A stretch of 64,000 nucleotides of DNA, taken from contig PBFW01000020.1 in the NCBI GenBank assembly GCA_002719955.1, positions 9,651 to 73,650 on the forward strand, written 5' to 3'. Under the pieces are notes generated by a model that saw nothing but the letters and a program-made list of their open reading frames with translations, was not told the DNA's origin and ran no database searches. Source of the stretch: Deltaproteobacteria bacterium (lineage in GTDB: Bacteria > Myxococcota_A > UBA9160 > UBA4427). The position numbers and the translations under genes are program-made. Each line of letters starts with the position of its first letter. Positions within the stretch are counted from its first letter, which is position 1. Positions 8,579 to 18,058 of this stretch are shown one piece after another.

Positions 8579-9517
8579 TCAGTCCTTCGCGCTGGCCCGC
8601 TTGATCGCGGACCAGCGAAAGGGCGAGAGCATCTGACGCCACCAGGTCATCGGGAAGGCCGAGAGGTCGGCGATGCCGATATCCTTGGGCGCCTCGCGAT
8701 CCGCGGGCAGGAAACGCGTGCCGAAGACGACGTCCCAGAGGATCAGATTCGAGCCGTAGTTGGTATTGGACTCCGTGACCGTCCGAGAGTGATGCCAGCG
8801 GTGGAGTTCCGCCATGCTGAAGATCCAGTTGAGCGGCCCACAGCGAATGGACATGTTGGCGTGCTGGAAGAGACCGTGGATCGCGGAGGCCACGATCCAC
8901 AGCGAGAAGATCCGCGCGTCGGCGCCGAGGGCGATCAACGGAACCGTGAAGCCCAGGTTCAGGAAGGTGGTGTCCACGACGTGGAAGCGATTCGCATTCA
9001 GCCAATAGAGACGCGGTGCGCTGTGATGGGTCGCGTGGAAACGCCAGAGAAAATCGATCTCGTGCATCCAGCGATGGGCCCAATAGTGAAAGAACTCGAC
9101 GACCACGAAGGAGAGCGCCAACTGCGCGACCAGGGGCCACTTGGCGGGCCAGAGCCCTGAACCGAAGTGCGCCGAGAGCCAGCCTGCGATGGGGATTGCC
9201 AGGAATGCGGCGAGCGGACGTAATGCCAAACCGGTTGCATTGCCCGTGAAGAACCACGCCGTGTCGGTGGCCACGTCGTCCTGAGAACGTGTCCAACTCG
9301 TCGCGTGGGGGTAGATTCGCTCGCAGGCGATCACGATGAGATAGCCGAGGCCCAAAGGCACGAGCAGCGCGACCAGCGGATTCGCCTCGCGATGGTGGAA
9401 ATGGGTCGCCAGCCCCACGCAGGCGGTCATCGTCAGCGGAAAGATCGACCAGGCGAAGAGGGTCTCGCCGGGTTTCGTCAAGTCGCCGTCCGTTTCGGTA
9501 TCGATCGCCGCGCTCAT
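8579..9517 (-). CDS. sterol desaturase / fatty acid hydroxylase superfamily membrane protein
   Basis: ORF track 8579..9601. ATG 9517 has GAGGAGG upstream. Histidine boxes are present: HYWAHRWMH, FHATHHS and HRWHHS. Several hydrophobic segments are visible. Confidence 0.85.
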   Translation of the reverse strand: MSAAIDTETDGDLTKPGETLFAWSIFPLTMTACVGLATHFHHREANPLVALLVPLGLGYLIVIACERIYPHATSWTRSQDDVATDTAWFFTGNATGLALRPLAAFLAIPIAGWLSAHFGSGLWPAKWPLVAQLALSFVVVEFFHYWAHRWMHEIDFLWRFHATHHSAPRLYWLNANRFHVVDTTFLNLGFTVPLIALGADARIFSLWIVASAIHGLFQHANMSIRCGPLNWIFSMAELHRWHHSRTVTESNTNYGSNLILWDVVFGTRFLPADREAPKDIGIADLSAFPMTWWRQMLSPFRWSAIKRASAKD

Positions 9518-9578
9518 GATGTCCTCCTCGAAAATCGGATCGTCTCGGAGATAGGGGGAACTCCAACGCCTCCGTGGT

Positions 9579-10040
9579 CTAATCGCTGCGGTGAACCTCA
9601 TGAATCACCGCGTCCTGGGGGTGGGTCGTCACGACGGCGATGCGCCAATCATCCTCCCCCCCTCCCCGGTGGAGGGTATAGGTCACCGCGTATTCATCGT
9701 ATTGTTTCTCGTCCAGGTCGAAGCGCGTGATCTCGAGACTCAGGAGGACACAGCGCGAGCCGAGGAAGGTGAGTTGCGGGGGCCCGAGCCCCGTTCGCCG
9801 ATAGCGCTTCGACTTCATGTCGAGCATGACCTGCTCGAAATAACGGCCGAGATCCGGAGCTTCCGGGTAGAGTTCGATTCCGAGCGGTGTGATGAACATG
9901 CAGGGCGCATTGTAAAAGGGCAGGGCGGGTGTTGGATCCGGTTTCGCTCCGGGATCGTTCGCAAAACGCTCATAGGCCGATTGGAAGCTCGAGGTATAGC
10001 CCCCGTAGGCCGCGAGAACGGAAGCTCGTTGGTCCGGCAT
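9579..10040 (-). CDS. hypothetical protein, possibly NTF2-like fold
   Basis: 153-aa ORF with protein-like composition and G/C-rich third positions (…YFEQVMLDMKSKRYRRTGLGPPQLTFLGSRCVLLSLEITRFDLDEKQYDEYAVTYTLHRGG…WRIAVVTTH). The fold guess is tentative. Confidence 0.55.
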   Translation of the reverse strand: MPDQRASVLAAYGGYTSSFQSAYERFANDPGAKPDPTPALPFYNAPCMFITPLGIELYPEAPDLGRYFEQVMLDMKSKRYRRTGLGPPQLTFLGSRCVLLSLEITRFDLDEKQYDEYAVTYTLHRGGGEDDWRIAVVTTHPQDAVIHEVHRSD

Positions 10041-10060
10041 TTTTTTGGGCCTCTCTGTTT

Positions 10061-10780
10061 TTAGGCGTTTTCGGCGATCGCGTTCAGGCGGCGGGCGAGT
10101 TCCCGTGGCTGCGTGATCATGACGTTATGACCCGAATCGATCTCCTCGATCTGCAGGCCGGGCAGCAGAGCGATCATATCCTCTTGCAACTCCCAGGGAA
10201 CCGCATCGTCCCGGCGCAGCCGCACGTAGGTCCGAGGCAGCGTTTGCGGGAGGCCGGCTCGTGAGGCTCGATCCGTGAACAGGTGTTTCGAGTCCGGGCC
10301 GACGTGCTGAAGCACCCAGCGGATCTCCTCCTCGCTCATGTCGGCGCCCAGCAATTCGCGGTGGGTCGTCTCGTCCATTTCCGATTTGGCTTCCGTGGAT
10401 TCTCCCAATCGGCGTCGCATCAGCTCCCGGGTCTCGTCTGGAAAGGCGTCGATCACGGCCCCCCCGTCCGGGGCCATGATGCAGCTGATGAGCACCAGAT
10501 GGGCTACCCGATCTGGTGCCGCGGCCGCGACGACGGGAACCGTAGCGCCTCCGAGCGAGTGTCCGACGAGCACCACACGCTCGAGGCCCGCCGCGTCCAT
10601 ATCGGTGATCACCGAGCGCACACAGGCCTCGATGTTCACCTCTTCCATCGGGGCGGGATGCTTGCCGCGGCCCGGGAGATCCACCGCGAGCGCGGGCTTC
10701 CCGAGATGCGGAAGCAGGCGATCCCAGCACCAGGCCCCGTGGAAGCCACCGTGAACCAGAACGAACGCGTCGACACTCAT
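10061..10780 (-). CDS. alpha/beta hydrolase (esterase, methylesterase/SABP2-like)
   Basis: MSVDAFVLVHGGFHGAWCWDRLLPHL..., the nucleophile elbow VLVGHSLGG, and a C-terminal ...IEEIDSGHNVMITQP (catalytic His). Confidence 0.9.
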   Translation of the reverse strand: MSVDAFVLVHGGFHGAWCWDRLLPHLGKPALAVDLPGRGKHPAPMEEVNIEACVRSVITDMDAAGLERVVLVGHSLGGATVPVVAAAAPDRVAHLVLISCIMAPDGGAVIDAFPDETRELMRRRLGESTEAKSEMDETTHRELLGADMSEEEIRWVLQHVGPDSKHLFTDRASRAGLPQTLPRTYVRLRRDDAVPWELQEDMIALLPGLQIEEIDSGHNVMITQPRELARRLNAIAENA

Positions 10781-10841
10781 ACGATGCTCACCTCGATTTT
10801 CTGCTTGGGCGCCACTCTACACCCGGATCATTGATTCTTCA

Positions 10842-11588
10842 TCATGCCGAGGGTAGGCGGATTTTGAGATTCCGTGCGGCACACCACCTCTCCAGGAATT
10901 CCTCTCGTGGAATCACCCGCGCACCTAACACTCTCTTGTAGGTATGATGGGGATGTCCCATATTCCAGAAAGCGAAGCCGAGATCTCGTAGCCGCTGCGC
11001 GAGCAAGACTATCTGCAATGTTCCGAAATGACGCCAGGTTCGATCGGGCCGCGTGCAGAATCCCGAGAGACTCGTGTAGGTCCCGCCGATCGTGTATCCG
11101 AGTTCGCCAGCGATGAGTTCTGCTCCCCTACTTCCTTTCATCGACCAGAGTTCGGTCCCACGAAGCGCGAAGCCGAAATCCCCGTCAGCGGGGAGCCTGG
11201 GGAGGAGGGCGCAATAGGGGGCGCTGAGCCAGGTTCGTGGCCCGTGATAGGCGAGGAGGCATTTGAGGACCCGCCTGCAATCGTCGACGATTCGCAACTC
11301 GATTCCCTCGTCCTCGAGTCGCCCCGATCGGATGATTTTCCGGACGTGACCGGATACGTGTAGATTCGGCCAATCGAGGACGGCATAGGCGTCCTGGAGT
11401 TCGGCGATCAGGACTGCGCCGAGATCGGGATGTCTCTGCGAGATCGAAATGAATCCGGCGCGAGCAAGCGCCACGTAGAAAACTGGATCCCAATCCGTCG
11501 ACCAGAAATGGGTCTCCTCGAGATTCGGGTAGAAAATCTCGCGCAGAATATCCTCGTGAAGCATGTCTGGCGAGATAGGGCGGATCAT
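10842..11588 (-). CDS. leucyl/phenylalanyl-tRNA-protein transferase-like (Aat-family/GNAT-fold) protein
   Basis: 248-aa ORF. Its layout resembles L/F-transferase: ...LHVSGHVRKIIRSGR..., ...ELIAGELGYTIGGTYTSLSGF..., ...LQIVLLAQRLRDLGFAFWNMGHPHHTYKRVLGARVIPREEFLERW. It is divergent and the assignment is from memory. Confidence 0.5.
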   Translation of the reverse strand: MIRPISPDMLHEDILREIFYPNLEETHFWSTDWDPVFYVALARAGFISISQRHPDLGAVLIAELQDAYAVLDWPNLHVSGHVRKIIRSGRLEDEGIELRIVDDCRRVLKCLLAYHGPRTWLSAPYCALLPRLPADGDFGFALRGTELWSMKGSRGAELIAGELGYTIGGTYTSLSGFCTRPDRTWRHFGTLQIVLLAQRLRDLGFAFWNMGHPHHTYKRVLGARVIPREEFLERWCAARNLKIRLPSA

Positions 11589-11780
11589 ATGCGGCTTTCG
11601 GGATCTCCTACTCGAAGAGAGTCCTATGATGGCCTCCTCGAACGAAGCCCGCGACCGCTCGTGGAGCCCCTATCAGCACGCGACTCGATCTCGTTAGACT
11701 GACGGAGTGCGCCAAACCAAGCGCGTTGGCTGGTTCGCACGGACCTTCCTCCCAAGTCATGACAGAACAGGAAGCCAGAA

Positions 11781-12662
11781 ATGGATATCGGACTCATCAG
11801 CACCGGCGGCCCGCCGCAGATCGTCGAACGTTACGTACAGACCGCCGAAGCGGCGGGTTTTGCCTCGCTCTGGGCCTCGGAGCACGTCGTCTTCTTCGAG
11901 GATTTCGATCCCAGCTATCCCTATGCGGAGGGGGGGCGCCCGCCGATGGCCACGGATACTGCGATGATGGAGCCGCTCAATCTCCTCTCCTTTATCGCGG
12001 CGAAGACGGAACGTCTTCGTCTGGGGACGGGCGTCTTCCTGCTGCCTCAGCGCAATCCCGTCTATACGGCGAAGGAGACATCGACCCTCGATGTGCTCTC
12101 GGGGGGGCGCCTCGATTTTGGGATCGGCGTCGGCTGGCTGCGCGAAGAATTCGAAGCGGTGAATGTCCCCTTCGAAGAGCGTGGCGCCCGCTGTGACGAA
12201 TATATCGAGGTCTTGAAGCGGCTCTGGACCCAGGATGTGGCCGAGTATTCGGGTCGCTTCTACGCGTTGGCTCCCTGCATCCAGGAGCCGCACCCGGTCC
12301 AGAAGCCGCACCCTCCGATTCTGATCGGAGGGACTTCCGCGCCTGCGATTCGCCGCGCCGCACGCCTGGGAGACGGATGGGTGGCCATCAATTTGTCTCC
12401 GGAAGAGGCCGCGCAGAAACTAACGAGCTTGCGGGCGCAGCGGCAGGAGGCCGGGCTCAGCATGGACCGTTTCCGCTCCACCCTGATGGCCGTGAATTAT
12501 GCCATCGAGCCGGATGACCTCGCCCACTACCGCGACGCCGGTATCGATCAGATCGTGCTCCCACCCATGAGAGGTGATCGGATTCTGCGCACGGACGAGG
12601 ACCTCTTCGCTCTGGTGGAAGAAATCGGCGAGCGCTTCGTCGGGGTCGCGGCGAAGCTCTGA
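11781..12662 (+). CDS. LLM-class F420-dependent oxidoreductase (Rv2161c/TIGR03619-like)
   Basis: 293 aa: MDIGLISTGG..., AGFASLWASEHVVF, LRLGTGVFLLPQRNPVYTAKETSTLDVLSGGRLDFGIGVGWLREEFEAVNVPFEERGARCDEYIEVLKRLW, VQKPHPPILIGG. Confidence 0.88.
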   Translation: MDIGLISTGGPPQIVERYVQTAEAAGFASLWASEHVVFFEDFDPSYPYAEGGRPPMATDTAMMEPLNLLSFIAAKTERLRLGTGVFLLPQRNPVYTAKETSTLDVLSGGRLDFGIGVGWLREEFEAVNVPFEERGARCDEYIEVLKRLWTQDVAEYSGRFYALAPCIQEPHPVQKPHPPILIGGTSAPAIRRAARLGDGWVAINLSPEEAAQKLTSLRAQRQEAGLSMDRFRSTLMAVNYAIEPDDLAHYRDAGIDQIVLPPMRGDRILRTDEDLFALVEEIGERFVGVAAKL

Positions 12663-12856
12663 TGCAGAGCCTCTCGGGGTCGAGCGCCACGCGTCGTGGC
12701 CATCCGCCTCGGGAAGTGCCGCCGCGCTCGCTGAGGTGAAAGCTGGAGGTTACCTGGGCCCGCAGGACTGGCACGCTCGCTGCAATGGATCCTCTTGTAA
12801 ATGCATGACGAGCCGCGGGGCCACGCTCTTCGGTCAAAATCTGGAGGAGGCCAGGC

Positions 12857-13270
12857 ATGCCCGAATGGTCCGCCGACGGCATGGAGATTCTCGAGCAACC
12901 CGAATGTGAGGGCTTCCTGAAGCGCGCGGGGGTCGGTTTGCTGGCGATGGCCGGGGTCGCCGCGCCAGTCGTCAGGCCGGTGAATTTTGCGGTCCATGAG
13001 GACTATATCCTGATTCGCACGGGTGAGGGGCAGATCCTCGATGCCGCCTGTGCCGCCGAAGCCGCCTCCTTTGTGATCACCGATGTCGATCGCTTCGAAC
13101 ATTCGGGTTGGAGTGTTGTCGTGGTCGGGACCCTGATGGAGAGGTCCAGTCTGGGCGATGTCGAGGATGTCCCTCTGCGCCCCTGGTCGAAGGCCGACAA
13201 ACATCATTTCGTGGGTCTCTCGATTCAGGATATCTCGGGCCGCCGACTGGCAGCGGCGCGGATGCCATGA
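12857..13270 (+). CDS. pyridoxamine 5'-phosphate oxidase (PPOX) family protein, probably flavin/deazaflavin binding
   Basis: 137 aa: ...LEQPECEGFLKRAGVGLLAMAGVAAPVVRPVNFAVHEDYILIRTGEGQ...WSVVVVGTLMERSS... The stop overlaps the next gene's ATG (ATGA). Confidence 0.82.
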   Translation: MPEWSADGMEILEQPECEGFLKRAGVGLLAMAGVAAPVVRPVNFAVHEDYILIRTGEGQILDAACAAEAASFVITDVDRFEHSGWSVVVVGTLMERSSLGDVEDVPLRPWSKADKHHFVGLSIQDISGRRLAAARMP

Positions 13271-14076
13271 TGGGTGCTTCCAGATTCTCGAAGACGCAAC
13301 CGGAGCAGGCGGAGGTGCAACTCGACCGCTGGGGGCGCGACGCGACCCGATCGCTCACGAGCAGTTTCTTCGAGGCCGCCTGTCGCTCCTGGTTTCGAGT
13401 CGAGTGGGAGGGCCTCGAACAGATTCCGCGGACCGGTGGTGCGCTGCTGGTCGCGAACCACGCGGGTATGATGCCCGTGGATGGCGGAATCATACAGTAC
13501 GGCATTCAGGAGGAGGTCGAACGACCGGTCTACCTGCTCGCCCATCACGGCTTTTTCCGAATTCCATTCATGGGGCGTCTCCTGAATCGAGCGGGGACGG
13601 TCGTCGCCCACCCCGATAATGCGCATCGGCTCCTGAACGAGGATCGGGAACTGGTGGCCGTCTTCCCGGAGGGCGAGAAGGGGCCGGTCAAACCTCGCTC
13701 GGAACGCTATCGACTCCAACGTTTTGGCCGCGGCGGATTCATCGAAACAGCGATGCGCGCCGACGTGCCGATCGTGCCGATCGTGTTGATGGGAACGGAG
13801 GACGCCACGCCGACGATCGCGGACCTCGACTTCGGCGGACAGAAGATGCCGCTGACCCTGAACGCGGCCCTCTTCGGTCCCGTGTTGGGGGCGATCGCAC
13901 AATTTCCGGCGAAGATTCGCGTGCGCGTTCTACCTCCGGTTCGTTTCGAGCCGGAGGCCGCGGGTGCCCCGATCTCCCGGAGCGTCCTGATGGATGGGGC
14001 GGAGGCTATTCGGGGCGAAATGCAGGCGGCCCTCGACGAGATGCTGGCGGCGCGGGAGGACATCTGGCTTGGCTGA
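13267..14076 (+). CDS. lysophospholipid (1-acyl-sn-glycerol-3-phosphate) acyltransferase family protein
   Basis: In ORF 13108..14076. ATG 13267 overlaps the upstream stop. Signatures: ...GGALLVANHAGMMPVDG... (acyltransferase H-box), VAVFPEGEKG, VPIVPIVLMGTE. Confidence 0.85.
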   Translation: MMGASRFSKTQPEQAEVQLDRWGRDATRSLTSSFFEAACRSWFRVEWEGLEQIPRTGGALLVANHAGMMPVDGGIIQYGIQEEVERPVYLLAHHGFFRIPFMGRLLNRAGTVVAHPDNAHRLLNEDRELVAVFPEGEKGPVKPRSERYRLQRFGRGGFIETAMRADVPIVPIVLMGTEDATPTIADLDFGGQKMPLTLNAALFGPVLGAIAQFPAKIRVRVLPPVRFEPEAAGAPISRSVLMDGAEAIRGEMQAALDEMLAAREDIWLG

Positions 14077-15013
14077 CTCCGCCAGACGACGCGTCGTGGT
14101 GACGGGAGCGAGGAGCCCGCTGGGTCGTCGACTGCTCGATGCCCTGCACAAGCGGTCCGAGGTCGAGTTCGTTCGTGGCCTCGAGGCCAGGCCCGCACGC
14201 CGTGGGTCCGAAGAACCGGATCTCGACATCGTCCCCTTCAGCCCCGATCACAGACCCTTCGTTGAGTATCTCGCTCGCGAGAGCATCGATACGGTGATCC
14301 AGATCGGTCTGGCACCAGACCGTACCGGGTTCGCTTCGAGCGTGAGTGAGGCCGACGTGATCGGGACCATGAGCCTCGGCGCTGCGATCGGCAGCCAGGG
14401 CGGATCCGTTCGGTGCTGGGTCGTGGCCTCCTCGAGCGCGGTCTATCCGATTGCGAGCAATTCTCCGCGCGTTGCGAGCGAGAGTCTGAAGATCCACACC
14501 GAGCAGGATTCCTTCGCGGCATCGATCCTCGAGGCCGAGGACTACGCGCGGGACATGGCGGATCGCGCGACGCATATCAATGTTTCGATCCTGCGCCTGC
14601 AACAACTCGTCGGGAAGGGAGTCGAAGGCCATCTCGCTTCCCTGCTCGAGCGGGATCGCATTCCGTCAGCGATCGGTTTCGACGCTTCGATTCAGCTCCT
14701 TCATGTCGAAGATGCCGCTCGCGCGCTGGCCTTCGCTTCGATGAACGAACTCGCTGGTGTCTTCAATGTCGCGTCGGGAGGATTGACCCATTGGGCCGCC
14801 GTTCTCGACCGATGCGGCGGTCGGCCGGCCCCCGTCCTGCCCATGGCCGCAGCGGGCCTCGAACCGATTCTCGATCGACTCGGCGTGCCCTTCCTGCCTG
14901 CAGCCCTGGTCGACCTTCTTCGACACGGCCTTGTCATCGATCTCCGAAAGATCGAGAAAGCGGGATGGAAGCCGCGGCACGACCAGGCGAGCTGTCTGGA
15001 GGATTATGGATGA
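14069..15013 (+). CDS. NAD-dependent epimerase/dehydratase (extended SDR) family protein
   Basis: In ORF 13994..15013. A TTG at 14069 (or a GTG about 27 nt downstream) overlaps the upstream stop. RRVVVTGARSPLGRRLLDAL is a Rossmann N-terminus. Later: ...LLHVEDAARALAFAS...VFNVASG. Confidence 0.78.
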   Translation: MADSARRRVVVTGARSPLGRRLLDALHKRSEVEFVRGLEARPARRGSEEPDLDIVPFSPDHRPFVEYLARESIDTVIQIGLAPDRTGFASSVSEADVIGTMSLGAAIGSQGGSVRCWVVASSSAVYPIASNSPRVASESLKIHTEQDSFAASILEAEDYARDMADRATHINVSILRLQQLVGKGVEGHLASLLERDRIPSAIGFDASIQLLHVEDAARALAFASMNELAGVFNVASGGLTHWAAVLDRCGGRPAPVLPMAAAGLEPILDRLGVPFLPAALVDLLRHGLVIDLRKIEKAGWKPRHDQASCLEDYG

Positions 15014-15085
15014 GTTCTTGCGGCGTCGGGTTTGCGAGCGGGGCCGGGAGACAATCGGGGCGGGCTCGGTGAGGGGAGGCGCGGG

Positions 15086-16555
15086 ATGGAGACCGAGAAG
15101 GAAGACAATCTGCGATTCGTGATCATCGGTGCGGGGATGGCCGGAATCCTGAGCGCGATCAAACTCGAGGAAGCTGGTCTCCACAACGTCACCCTCTACG
15201 AGAAGGCAGAACGACTCGGCGGCACGTGGCGGGAGAACACCTATCCCGGAATCGCCTGCGATGTCCCCTCTCACCTCTACAGCTACTCCTTCGCCCCCAA
15301 TCCGGAGTGGAGCCATCAATATTCGCCGGGCGTCGAAATCCAGCGTTATTTCGAGGATGTCGCAAGCCAGTTCGGGATCGGAGATCGAATCCGCTTCGGC
15401 GAGGAAATCGAGCGCTGTGAGTTCGTGGACAGTCGCTGGAAGCTTCGAACCAGGGCGGGGCGCAGGGACGAGGCCGATTTCATCATCGCCGCGACCGGTG
15501 TCCTTCACCACCCGAATAATCCAGAGATCGAGGGGCTCGAAGACTTTGACGGGGCGCTCTTCCACAGCGCGCGCTGGGATCATGACGTGCCGCTCGATGG
15601 GAAGAAGATCGGAGTAATCGGGACGGGCTCGACCGGCGTGCAGATCACATCCGCCCTCGCCGATCGTGCCCAGAAATTCTCGCTCTTCCAGCGGACGGCC
15701 CAATGGGTGATGCCGCAGGAGAATCCCGCCTACAGCGAGGCGGAGAAAAAAGAGTTCCGCGAGCATCCCGAACAGCTGAGAATCCTGCACCAGGCGATTT
15801 CGAAGCTCTTCGCGGCGAGTTTTGCGAATGCCATCGTCGATGCAGATTCCGACCTCATGAAGGAGATCGAAGCACAATGTCTCCTCAACCTGGAACAGAG
15901 CGTTTCGGATCCCGGGCTTCGGGAACGACTCCGCCCGAATTATCGCGCCGCCTGCAAACGGCTCGTGATTTCTCCCGACTTCTACGAAGCGATCCAGAAG
16001 CCGAGGGTAGAGCTCGTGACCGATGGGATTCGGAGCGTCGAACCCGGCGGAGTGCGAACGGTGGATGGTGGATTCCATGAACTCGATGTCCTCGTGATGG
16101 CCACGGGTTTTCGAGCGGATCGCTTCATGCGGCCCATGGAGATCATCGGGCGAACGGGCAAACGCCTCGACGAGGTCTGGGCAGATCGACCCTCCGCCTA
16201 CCTTTCGATTTCGATTCCCGACCTCCCGAATTTTTTCATGCTGAACGGACCGAATGGACCCGTTGGAAACTTCTCGTTGATCGAGGTAGCGGAACTCCAG
16301 TTCAAGTACATCCTGCAACTCGTCGACCAGGTTCGCGCGGGCGAGTGCCGGAGCCTCTCGGCGAGCGACGTGGCGACGCAGGTCTTCGACCGGGAACGGG
16401 TCGAGGCGGCGAAGAAGACGATCTGGAGCACGGGTTGTCGCAGCTGGTACCTGGATGATCGAGGAATCCCCGCGACCTGGCCCTGGACCTTCGATCGCTT
16501 CAGGGAAGCGATGTCCGAGCCCGATCTGGCGGCCTACGATTTTTTCTTCACGTGA
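15086..16555 (+). CDS. Baeyer-Villiger/flavin-containing monooxygenase (NAD(P)/FAD-dependent)
   Basis: In ORF 15032..16555; ATG 15086 follows GGGGAGG. Signatures: FVIIGAGMAGILSAIKLEEAG (FAD GxGxxG), YEKAERLGGTWRENTYPGIACDVPSHLYSYSF, a second dinucleotide motif KKIGVIGTGSTGVQ, and ATGF. Confidence 0.9.
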   Translation: METEKEDNLRFVIIGAGMAGILSAIKLEEAGLHNVTLYEKAERLGGTWRENTYPGIACDVPSHLYSYSFAPNPEWSHQYSPGVEIQRYFEDVASQFGIGDRIRFGEEIERCEFVDSRWKLRTRAGRRDEADFIIAATGVLHHPNNPEIEGLEDFDGALFHSARWDHDVPLDGKKIGVIGTGSTGVQITSALADRAQKFSLFQRTAQWVMPQENPAYSEAEKKEFREHPEQLRILHQAISKLFAASFANAIVDADSDLMKEIEAQCLLNLEQSVSDPGLRERLRPNYRAACKRLVISPDFYEAIQKPRVELVTDGIRSVEPGGVRTVDGGFHELDVLVMATGFRADRFMRPMEIIGRTGKRLDEVWADRPSAYLSISIPDLPNFFMLNGPNGPVGNFSLIEVAELQFKYILQLVDQVRAGECRSLSASDVATQVFDRERVEAAKKTIWSTGCRSWYLDDRGIPATWPWTFDRFREAMSEPDLAAYDFFFT

Positions 16556-16576
16556 GTCACATTCACGTGAGTCACA
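16547..16576. repeat. perfect 15-bp tandem duplication TTCACGTGAGTCACA x2
   Basis: 16547-16561 and 16562-16576 are identical. Each copy contains the palindromes CACGTG and GTGAGTCAC. The first copy includes the monooxygenase stop codon (16553-16555). Confidence 0.9.
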
Positions 16577-16674
16577 ACGAGGTCGACGCGGCTGGACCCG
16601 CCGCGATCTTGGGATCGAAAATGGTGGGTCGGTCCGCAGGGGGGGCGCAGATAAAGGGGGGGTCGAGGTCACGA

Positions 16675-17079
16675 ATGAGTGAAGCAGTGACGGTTGCCGA
16701 GGTGATGACCCGTCGGGTTCAAACGGGAACGCTCGATGAACCCGTGGAGGAGATTTGGGATATCCTCGTGGAGGAGGGCTGCCATCACATTCCGATCCTC
16801 GATCAAGGACGCTTGGTCGATATGGTCAGCACTTTCGATCGGGTGGAGCTGGTGCGCCAGGACGGTGGCAAGAGGCTACTGAGTGGTGTTCTCGGTCGGA
16901 AGATCGCGGCCGATGTGATGGCCACGAAAATCGAGAGAATCCATCAGGGTGAGTCGGTCGATGTCGCAATCGATCGCATCGGACCGGGGGAGTTTTATGC
17001 GCTCCTGGTCGTTGACGACCTGGACGCGCTCGCCGGAATCGTGACGCACCACGATCTCCTGCATTTCCTGGCGAGCTGA
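16675..17079 (+). CDS. CBS domain-pair protein
   Basis: In ORF 16552..17079; ATG 16675 follows a G-rich RBS. MSEAVTVAEVMTRRVQTGTLDEPVEEIWDILVEEGCHHIPILDQGRLVDMVS... and a second CBS repeat ...ALLVVDDLDALAGIVTHHDLLHFL. Confidence 0.8.
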   Translation: MSEAVTVAEVMTRRVQTGTLDEPVEEIWDILVEEGCHHIPILDQGRLVDMVSTFDRVELVRQDGGKRLLSGVLGRKIAADVMATKIERIHQGESVDVAIDRIGPGEFYALLVVDDLDALAGIVTHHDLLHFLAS

Positions 17080-17135
17080 CCGCAGAGTGTCGCAGGGTCC
17101 CGTGGCTCGAGTAGACGATGAGGGGGGAGAGCAGA

Positions 17136-17558
17136 ATGAAGAAGAATGAGCCGATCGAGAAAATCCTGACGCGAGGCGTTGAAACGGTTCACGCGGGAAT
17201 GGCGGTGAGCGACGTGCGGAAGCTATTCGCAGACAGGGGGTTTCACCATGTTCCGGTCGTCTCCGGAAAGAAACTGGTCGGGCTGATCGCGGCGTCCGAT
17301 ATCCTAGGGATTTCCGTCGATGGAGTAGGCGCCGACGACCGGTCGATGGATGCCTATCTGGACCACCGATTCACGATCGAAGAACTCATGACCGAGGAAC
17401 TCCGAACGCTTCCCCTCAAAAAATCGACGATCGCTGATGCTGCGAAACTGCTCTCCGAGGGGAGCTTCCACGCCGTTCCGGTCGTAGACGAAACCGGTCA
17501 GCTCGAGGGCCTCGTCACTTCGACGGACCTGATTCGTTATTTGCTGACGCTCTTCTAG
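17136..17558 (+). CDS. CBS domain-pair protein
   Basis: In ORF 17118..17558; ATG 17136 follows GAGGGGGGAG. ...ILTRGVETVHAGMAVSDVRKLFADRGFHHVPVVSGKKLVGLIAASDIL... and ...FHAVPVVDETGQLEGLVTSTDLIRYL. Confidence 0.8.
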   Translation: MKKNEPIEKILTRGVETVHAGMAVSDVRKLFADRGFHHVPVVSGKKLVGLIAASDILGISVDGVGADDRSMDAYLDHRFTIEELMTEELRTLPLKKSTIADAAKLLSEGSFHAVPVVDETGQLEGLVTSTDLIRYLLTLF

Positions 17559-17568
17559 GCGGGCGGGG

Positions 17569-17913
17569 TCAGTGGTCCGCGATGAAATAGGTGAGCGATC
17601 GGATCAGTCCGTCCTCGACGATGAAGAGATCCATCGCGTGGATGCCTGAGCCATCGGCGAGCGCAATCTTGATTTCCGCGACGGCACGCGAGCCATTCAC
17701 GAGAACTTCACCGATCAGGGCCGGTGTTGGGCTGGCGGCTTCGATCGAAGCTTTGTAGAAATCGCGAATCGTCTCGCGACCGGATTTCACACCGCCGAGG
17801 CCGATGATCGAACCGTCTTCGTGAAAGAGATCCGCGACGCCCGGGTCGCGTCCGCGGACTCTGTCGAAATAATTCCGTGCGATCTTTTCTGCTTCCTGCA
17901 TTTCCGTCGGCAT
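17569..17913 (-). CDS. nuclear transport factor 2 (SnoaL-like) family protein
   Basis: 114 aa: ...IARNYFDRVRGRDPGVADLFHEDGSIIGLGGVKSGRETIRDFYKASIE...AVAEIKIALADGSGIHAMDLFIVEDGLIRSLTYF. Confidence 0.75.
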   Translation of the reverse strand: MPTEMQEAEKIARNYFDRVRGRDPGVADLFHEDGSIIGLGGVKSGRETIRDFYKASIEAASPTPALIGEVLVNGSRAVAEIKIALADGSGIHAMDLFIVEDGLIRSLTYFIADH

Positions 17914-18058
17914 TCTGACTCACCTTCGTGCTCCGGATGAGTGGAGCGTTGGATGAGTATGCAATATCCGGAGCTGCCTGCCGTCGGTGAGGGAATGGAC
18001 CCAGAAAAAAAGGTGTCCGGGAAATGAGCGCTCGCATCCAGTGGCCTAGAGTCTCAGC

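Noticed and set aside
14666-16672. 668-aa minus-strand ORF
   Set aside because: It lies exactly antisense to the well-supported Baeyer-Villiger monooxygenase gene. Its translation is Arg/Gly/Pro-rich with no motifs. This is a typical shadow ORF of GC-rich DNA.
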